Assembly (NCBI GenBank): GCA_036677065.1
Contig: JAKFBS010000008.1
Location: forward strand, 32,001 to 96,000
Reading direction: 5' to 3'
Origin: Bdellovibrio sp.
GTDB taxonomy: Bacteria > Bdellovibrionota > Bdellovibrionia > Bdellovibrionales > Bdellovibrionaceae
DNA: 64,000 bases
Each line of letters starts with the position of its first letter. Position 1 is the first letter of the stretch. Both the position numbers and the translations under genes were made by a program. Below are positions 57,544 through 64,000 of this stretch, piece by piece. The notes under the pieces were generated by a model that was not told the DNA's origin, did not search any database, and worked only from the letters and a program-made list of their open reading frames with translations.

Positions 57544-59070
57544 ATGACATCTAAACTAGCTACAAAAGTATTGTTGTTAGCTGCTTCATTAGGACTTTCG
57601 TTATCAGCTAACGCTGGCGAATTTCTAGTAAAGTACAAAAACGAAAAAGCAGTGAACAATATCGTGTTCATGCAAAACGAATCAAATGGTCTTCAAGTAA
57701 GATCAATGCACAAGCCTGGAAAACTTTTAAAAGTAAGCATCAACGAATTTCAAAAAGTTCGTGTGTTAGCTGAAATCTTAAGAGATTCAAACGTTGAGTA
57801 CGTTGTACCTAACTTCAAAATCAAAGCTTTCTCTACTCCTGTAGATTTCATGGGCCTGAAGGAACAATACGCTTTAGCAAAAGTTAATGCTCCACAAGCT
57901 TGGGCAAAAGCTGGCAACAAAGGTAAGAAAACTGTAACTGTTGCAGTTATCGATACTGGTATTGATTACAACCACAGTGCTTTAGCACCGAACATGGTTA
58001 GTGGTATCGATTACCGTGATAACGATAATGATCCAATGGATTTAACTGGCGCACAAAATCCAGGTCACGGTACTCACTGTGCTGGTATTATCGGTGCAAC
58101 TGGTTTAGTCGATGGCGGTATCCAAGGTATTTCTCCTGAAGTACAAATGATGCCAATCCGTTTCTTAGGCGCAGATGGTTCTGGCGATTTAGATAACGGT
58201 ATCAAATCTATCGATTACGCTATTGAAAAAGGCGTTCAAGTTATTTCTGCTTCTTGGGGAGCTGCAGTTCCAACTGCTCAAGCTCAACCATTAATCGAAG
58301 CTGTTAAACGTGCTGACGCTGCAGGAATTATCTTCGTAGCTGCTGCTGCGAATGATGGTAAAAATAACGATAACGTAGCAATGTATCCTACAAATGCTAA
58401 CACACCTAATATGATCGCGGTTGCTGCATCTAATTCTTCTGATGCAAAACCATCTTGGTCAAACTACGGTAAAGCGATGGTTTCTATTGCTGCTCCAGGT
58501 GATGCGATTATGTCGACTTTACCTTCGAACAAATACGGAAATTTATCTGGTACGTCTATGGCAACTCCGTTAGTAGCTGGTTTAGTAGCTTTCTTAAAAG
58601 CTCAAGACCCTACTTTAACTGGTGCAGAGATTCGTTCATTAATGCAAGCTACTGGCGCAAAAGTACAAATCGAAACTGCATGTAACTGCCGTATCGATGC
58701 TTTAGCTTCTGTAACTACTTTATTAGACAAACAATCTTGGATGGTTCCGGCTGCGGCTACTGTAGCAGTAGATGCAACTCAACAATTCGCAATGAAAAAT
58801 GCTTCTGGTGCAGTTAAGTTTGAATCTTCTGATGCAAACATCGCTACAATCACTGAAGAAGGTTTATTAACTGGTAAAGTTCAAGGTACAGTAACTATTA
58901 AAGCTACTGATGCTTCTGGCAGATCAGTTTCTTCATTAGATATCAATGTTGGAAAAACTGAATCTTCTAATCCAGGTGGCCCTGGCGAAGGTGAATGTCC
59001 ACTTGGTGATCCAATGCTTTGCCAAATCATGTGCGGTATCATGCCTGAACTTCCATGGTGTGCTAAGTAA
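57544..59070 (+). CDS. subtilisin-like (S8) protease with Ig-like domain and Cys-rich tail
   Basis: VAVIDTG, HGTHCAG, GTSMATP; Big_2-like domain. Confidence 0.95.
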   Translation: MTSKLATKVLLLAASLGLSLSANAGEFLVKYKNEKAVNNIVFMQNESNGLQVRSMHKPGKLLKVSINEFQKVRVLAEILRDSNVEYVVPNFKIKAFSTPVDFMGLKEQYALAKVNAPQAWAKAGNKGKKTVTVAVIDTGIDYNHSALAPNMVSGIDYRDNDNDPMDLTGAQNPGHGTHCAGIIGATGLVDGGIQGISPEVQMMPIRFLGADGSGDLDNGIKSIDYAIEKGVQVISASWGAAVPTAQAQPLIEAVKRADAAGIIFVAAAANDGKNNDNVAMYPTNANTPNMIAVAASNSSDAKPSWSNYGKAMVSIAAPGDAIMSTLPSNKYGNLSGTSMATPLVAGLVAFLKAQDPTLTGAEIRSLMQATGAKVQIETACNCRIDALASVTTLLDKQSWMVPAAATVAVDATQQFAMKNASGAVKFESSDANIATITEEGLLTGKVQGTVTIKATDASGRSVSSLDINVGKTESSNPGGPGEGECPLGDPMLCQIMCGIMPELPWCAK

Positions 59071-59103
59071 TTGTAAAATTACTTAACTAACAAAGTTAAA
59101 AAT

Positions 59104-59136
59104 AAAAGCCAGTCGCAAGACTGGCTTTTTTGTTTT
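59104..59136 (+). terminator. intrinsic terminator
   Basis: AAAAGCCAGTC-GCAA-GACTGGCTTTTTT. Confidence 0.85.
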
Positions 59137-59259
59137 GGAACAGAATCTTATTCAACTGGACTGGACCAACAAACAAAATTTAGGACTATTGCTCTAATTC
59201 TTAATATTCTGATCCGACAGGTGTGTGTTTACATAAATAAACACCAACAGAGGATAAAG

Positions 59260-60300
59260 ATGAAAAGTCACATCGCCATATGCGCTATTCTTATTTCAGC
59301 CGTTTTTCAAACGGGCTGTTCGAAAGATTCTGACGAAAAAAAATCTAACGAAATCCATAGTTACACTGATTTAACAGACTTGGTTGATGAAAATTATATC
59401 GCCATGGACCAAATCGAAAAGGCACAAAATTCAGATGATCCTTCAATGGATATCGAAGACCATGTCGAAGTCATGAGTAAGAAAGATAAAATTCTTATCG
59501 TCGGCGACAGTTGGGCTTCGTTTCCATGCGTGTATAATTCAATGGGTAAAATGATTCGTGATGTGGATGCCGATATTATTGAAGACAATCGCTGTTTACG
59601 CACGACTAAACTTGGCGTTGCGGGTTTTGAATGGATTGGTTCAAAGCAGGATTTAAAAGTGATCGAATTTTTAAAAACGACACCGCGGCTGAAATATCTT
59701 TATCTTTCAATGGGCGGAAACGATCTGATGGCCGTGTGGAATAAAGATTTTACATCAGAGCAAGAGACTGTAGTTTACAAAGAAATTAATAGCACTGTGC
59801 AAAAGATCATGGATCGCTACTTGGCGGTGCGCCCTGATCTAAAAATTATTTTAACGGGTTATGATTATCCAAATTTTAAACCGAATCATAAATTTCCGTT
59901 GTATCGAAAAATTTTTGAAAGAATGCGTAGTCCAACTCCGGCAAGATTAAATCCGGCCTTAGCAGGATTAGCACGGTCAATGATGAAACTGGCTGACGGA
60001 AGAAATATTTTTTACATTCAGCATATGGGCGTAGCCCAGTATTACGATGGTGTTAAAGAACATGGTCTGGACGAAGAAATGACCCTATCGCCAAATAAAA
60101 TTTCAACGTGGCAAAACCCCGGGGCGATGGGCGGAAACATAAATCTGCCGAGCAGTAATAAAAGTATGATCAACTGGTTATTTTTAGTTCGGGACGCTTT
60201 TCACCTAAACACAAGAATGTATAGAAAAGTTATGCGCCACACTTATGACAACCTTTTGTCGCACGTGATTGAACAAGACCGTCTAGCTTCGTCAAAATAA
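59260..60300 (+). CDS. SGNH/GDSL hydrolase lipoprotein, paralogue of 40369..41409
   Basis: QTGC lipobox, GDSWA, GGND, DAFH; start 59260. Confidence 0.8.
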   Translation: MKSHIAICAILISAVFQTGCSKDSDEKKSNEIHSYTDLTDLVDENYIAMDQIEKAQNSDDPSMDIEDHVEVMSKKDKILIVGDSWASFPCVYNSMGKMIRDVDADIIEDNRCLRTTKLGVAGFEWIGSKQDLKVIEFLKTTPRLKYLYLSMGGNDLMAVWNKDFTSEQETVVYKEINSTVQKIMDRYLAVRPDLKIILTGYDYPNFKPNHKFPLYRKIFERMRSPTPARLNPALAGLARSMMKLADGRNIFYIQHMGVAQYYDGVKEHGLDEEMTLSPNKISTWQNPGAMGGNINLPSSNKSMINWLFLVRDAFHLNTRMYRKVMRHTYDNLLSHVIEQDRLASSK

Positions 60301-60320
60301 AAAAATAAATTACCAAAATA

Positions 60321-60358
60321 AAACAAAAAAGCCAGTCAGACGACTGGCTTTTTTGTTT
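60321..60358 (+). terminator. intrinsic terminator
   Basis: AAAAAAGCCAGTC-AGAC-GACTGGCTTTTTT. Confidence 0.85.
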
Positions 60359-60459
60359 CTAAATGACGATTAAAAACAGTGGCTGCGATTGACGTCTTAT
60401 TCTGAGATTTCTCCTCTGAAAACCTTTAGAAATCGGCAATTTACGCCGATCAAGATGAC

Positions 60460-63400
60460 GTGAAATACTCACGTTGGTTGAAAACTGAAAATTTGTTTTT
60501 CATTTTTGCGTTTATTTTTTTAAACGCGCTAGCTGCTATTGCAGGGCCAAGCCGCACAACCTATCAAGCAAAAATTATTAAACCTGATGGTTATCCTCTT
60601 GAATCAGTCAGTGTAAATTTTAAATTTACAGTACTGGATCCAGCAGGGGCTTGTATTTTATATTCTGAAACTTATTCGTCAGTGAACATGGCTAACACAG
60701 GTGGATTAATTTCTTTTTCACTGGGTTCGGGCGTAAAAGTTTATCCGGTGTCGGCGACAACTTTTGAAAATGTTTTTTCTAACATCACGCCAAATTTAGC
60801 GTGTGATGCTGGTGGGCCGCCAAGTTATTCACCGGCAGCAAGTGATATTCGTAAATTAGTGATGCAGTTTCACGATGGTAACGGCTGGCAAACATTACCG
60901 GCGATGAGCATCAACGCCGTACCGTACGCTCTGTATGCCAATGATGCAGAAAAATTAAATGGCAAAACTGACGCTGACTTTGTGCAAGTATCAACACTGC
61001 CAATGACCTGCGGAGTAAGTGAAGCGTTACGTTTTAACGGCGCAGCCTTTTCTTGTATCGCGGTGGGTGATGGCGCAACAGTCGTGACATCGGGTTCAGT
61101 GATTACAGCCCTCGGGTATACTCCGGCAGACGGCGCGAGTGTGACAATTCTTACTTCGTCGTTAAGTTCGACAAACTCTGACGTGTTGGCGGTGTCGTCG
61201 ACAGTTTTTTCTGTTTCTTCAACTGTGTCTGGTCTTTCAGCGTCTATGTCTGCGATTATTTCTTCGCAGTGGACATCCAGTGTTTCAGATATTTTTTATG
61301 CTTCAGGTCGCGTCGGTGTGGGTACATCAGCACCATCTGCCACATTTGATGTTGGCGGTTGGCCAGAAGCACCGGTAAATTTATCTGGAACTAATTCAAA
61401 TTTTTCTGGAAATATTTATGTCGGTAATTCTGGTGTAAGTGTACCGCGCACGCGCTTAAGCGCTAATGTGAACGGCGGCTTTATGCAGTGGAACAGAATG
61501 TTAACCACTTCGGGCGCAGCACAAATGGATGCAACAAAACCTTCATTTAATTTTGAAATGAATGGCACAACTGACCGCTTTGCTTTTCAAAGAGCAGCAT
61601 CAGGCAGTTCAACGTTAGTTGATTTAATGACAATTGCGGGATCTGGTTATGTCGGTATCGGTACGACAACGCCAGTCACAAAATTAGATGTGGCCGGTGG
61701 TATTCGTATCGGTTCAGAAGCCGCAACTTGTGCTCCGGCTTTAGCTGGTACCTTACGCTATAACGCAGGAGTTGTTGAGTATTGTAACGGAACTTCTTGG
61801 GCTGCATTCGGTATATCTGGTGCAGGAATTCTTGCAATCAATGGCTTAGTTTCGGGTTCGCAAACTTTTGCATTTGGTGCCACAGGAAATTCACCAAATG
61901 TTTCATCTGTTGGTTCAGTTCATACTTTTAATTTTCCGTTTGCTTCTGTTGGTACAACAACAGCGGGTGTAATTTCAAATGCAGATTATTTAAATTTTTC
62001 GAATAAAGTAAATGCGACCAGCGCTGCGGTGATTTCGGCATTAGGGTACACTCCGGCAAACAGTGCTACCCTTGGTTCTTTAAGTGCTGTTAATTCAATT
62101 GATTTAAGTTCAGTTGCAGCTTCAGGAACTTTACCTGCCACAAAACTTGCAGATGTGGGATCTGGCGTAACATCAGGGGCGCAATATACAAAAGTAACTG
62201 TAGATGGCAAAGGCCGTGTGGTGAGTGGGTCTCAACTTTCTGCGGGTGATGTGAATTCAGCTTTAGGTTATATAGCGGCTGCGAGTGGATCATTTACTAG
62301 TTCGCAATGGATTACGAGTGCTACATCTATATATTACAACACAGGAAACGTTGGTATTGGTACAACGAATCCAATCTCTAAATTACATATCAGAACTGAG
62401 AATGATTCGCCGGCATTCAATCTTGAAAATGCAAGTTCAAGTTCATCACAAATCCCACGATTTATTATGACGAACTATGTAGGTTCATCAGGTGGGCAGA
62501 ATCAAATCGTCATGCAAAGAGCGCGTGGTTCGTCGACAGGTCCATTAGAAAATGGCGCGAACTCCATTATGGGTTCTATTATTGGTAAAGGCTGGGATGG
62601 TGATTCATGGGCAGCCGGTGCAAAAATTGAATTTGAGAGTGAGGCATTGTACTCAACAACTTCAACACCGGGATTAATTCGTTTCTATACAAGTCCTACG
62701 GGATCTTCAGATTCTCCAGCAGAGCGTATGGTCATAAACTCTGCCGGAAACGTCGGTATTGGCACAAGTTCTCCGGTCTATAAATTAGATATTGATGTAC
62801 TGAATGCAGATCTTCGCGTGAAGAATTCTGGTTCGTCTGGATACCCAGTGCAGTTTATGGATTCATATAGCGACTTTGCGTCGTGGGCTGGCGCAGCACT
62901 TATTATGCGTCGGGCGCGTGGAACTGAAGCAGCTCCCGCTTATGTAAATTCTGGCGATTCGTTAGGTTATATTGCATTTCGCGATCACCTTGGTGGTGGT
63001 GGCGCATTGATTGGAACAATGGCCACAGAAGCTCATTCTGCTACCGCAAAAGGGACTTCACTTATATTTCAAACAAATGCAAATGGCGTTGTCGCTGCGA
63101 CTGAAAAAATGCGCATTGATGGTTCAGGCAATGTTGGTATTGGAACAACCACTCCTTCAGCAAGATTGCATTTAGCTGCAGGATCTACTTCAAATGGACC
63201 ATTAAAATTTACTTCAGGAACTTTACTGACTTCACCGCAATCAGGTACGATGGAATACGATGGCGGTGGATTTTATTTAACTGATGGGGCTGGAAATCGT
63301 CGTATGATTGCGACAGGTTCTAGTTCTGGATCGTTAGATAATGCTTCAATTATTAATTCGACTGGAAATATGAATTTAGTTCCGGTGGGATCAGTAATTG

Positions 63401-64000
63401 TATCTAGCACTATAGCTTCAACAAATTCACAAACTGGTGCATTGATTGTAAAAGGTGGCTTAGGTGTTGCCGAAAATATTTATTCATCAGGCACAATTAT
63501 AACTTCTTCAGATATTCAAGGGGCTTCAATCACGGCAACAAATGCAATGATTACTCCATATATTTATGGATCAACAGTGTCTGGTGGTTCATTAGGTCTT
63601 GAATCTACAACACACGCAAATAAAGGTAATATTACTTTAAATACACTGGGTGGAAATGTTGGTATCGGCACGGCAGCTCCGGGGGCAACTTTAGATGTTG
63701 CCGGAGTGATTCGTTCGACGCGACCTAATTTTGCCAAACTAAGTTTAAATAATACTACCACACCGCAGGAGTGGTGGGTGCAAAACAATAACTCGAAATT
63801 TTCTATTACTGATGTAACCTCGGGTTCGGTTGATCGTTTGACTATCGATAAAGCCGGTAATGTTGGTATTGGTACAGCGGCTCCGTCTGGTAAATTAGTC
63901 GTAACACATGATTCAACTGTGTTTGGTATTACAAGTGCGACAGCGACATTCGATGCGCCAGGCACGGCAGCAACTGATTATTCATTATTCTTACGTTCAA
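60460..64000 (+). CDS. giant secreted tail-fibre-like adhesin (partial; not in the ORF track because it has no stop in the window)
   Basis: GTG start, signal peptide, TYQAKIIKPDG N-terminus, seven G.VG[IV]GT repeats, ALGY.[PA] repeats, YTKVTVDGKGRV; frame open where checked, including the window end. Confidence 0.85.
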   Translation, partial: MKYSRWLKTENLFFIFAFIFLNALAAIAGPSRTTYQAKIIKPDGYPLESVSVNFKFTVLDPAGACILYSETYSSVNMANTGGLISFSLGSGVKVYPVSATTFENVFSNITPNLACDAGGPPSYSPAASDIRKLVMQFHDGNGWQTLPAMSINAVPYALYANDAEKLNGKTDADFVQVSTLPMTCGVSEALRFNGAAFSCIAVGDGATVVTSGSVITALGYTPADGASVTILTSSLSSTNSDVLAVSSTVFSVSSTVSGLSASMSAIISSQWTSSVSDIFYASGRVGVGTSAPSATFDVGGWPEAPVNLSGTNSNFSGNIYVGNSGVSVPRTRLSANVNGGFMQWNRMLTTSGAAQMDATKPSFNFEMNGTTDRFAFQRAASGSSTLVDLMTIAGSGYVGIGTTTPVTKLDVAGGIRIGSEAATCAPALAGTLRYNAGVVEYCNGTSWAAFGISGAGILAINGLVSGSQTFAFGATGNSPNVSSVGSVHTFNFPFASVGTTTAGVISNADYLNFSNKVNATSAAVISALGYTPANSATLGSLSAVNSIDLSSVAASGTLPATKLADVGSGVTSGAQYTKVTVDGKGRVVSGSQLSAGDVNSALGYIAAASGSFTSSQWITSATSIYYNTGNVGIGTTNPISKLHIRTENDSPAFNLENASSSSSQIPRFIMTNYVGSSGGQNQIVMQRARGSSTGPLENGANSIMGSIIGKGWDGDSWAAGAKIEFESEALYSTTSTPGLIRFYTSPTGSSDSPAERMVINSAGNVGIGTSSPVYKLDIDVLNADLRVKNSGSSGYPVQFMDSYSDFASWAGAALIMRRARGTEAAPAYVNSGDSLGYIAFRDHLGGGGALIGTMATEAHSATAKGTSLIFQTNANGVVAATEKMRIDGSGNVGIGTTTPSARLHLAAGSTSNGPLKFTSGTLLTSPQSGTMEYDGGGFYLTDGAGNRRMIATGSSSGSLDNASIINSTGNMNLVPVGSVIVSSTIASTNSQTGALIVKGGLGVAENIYSSGTIITSSDIQGASITATNAMITPYIYGSTVSGGSLGLESTTHANKGNITLNTLGGNVGIGTAAPGATLDVAGVIRSTRPNFAKLSLNNTTTPQEWWVQNNNSKFSITDVTSGSVDRLTIDKAGNVGIGTAAPSGKLVVTHDSTVFGITSATATFDAPGTAATDYSLFLRS

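Noticed and set aside
1..64000. CRISPR array, rRNA, integrase or IS transposase
   Set aside because: No regularly spaced repeats or diagnostic motifs seen by eye

Overview
Chromosomal window from a Bdellovibrionota-like predatory bacterium. This is inferred from spoVG next to tRNA-Gln, a MoxR/Bat operon, many secreted proteases, and a giant GNVGIGT-repeat fibre protein. About 23-64 kb is mostly core genome (degP, moxR-batABCD, mltD, ABC-F, mrp, slt, ychF, pth, rplY, prs, rdgB, rph, amidase, uppP, subtilase). About 7-22.6 kb, downstream of tRNA-Gln(TTG), is an accessory/defence island with no recognisable integrase. It carries two HEXXH peptidase paralogues, a secreted kinase-like protein, a membrane HNH-HRDC fusion, a three-gene methylase/nuclease-helicase cassette, an ART-like protein and a GIY-YIG protein. 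It also carries the best candidate for an undescribed system: a SIR2-family protein transcribed divergently from a 601-aa UG/Abi-like reverse transcriptase with a WMDD active site, with an inverted-repeat spacer between them and an orphan gene after the RT. The intergenic DNA is informative too: a stand-alone c-di-GMP-I riboswitch RNA (merRNA-like), a sigma54-driven ~55-nt C-rich sRNA, a 5S loop-E mimic in the rplY leader, a 30-nt element shared by the rplY and ychF leaders, and a REP-like palindrome. All assignments come from reading motifs by eye; no searches were run.
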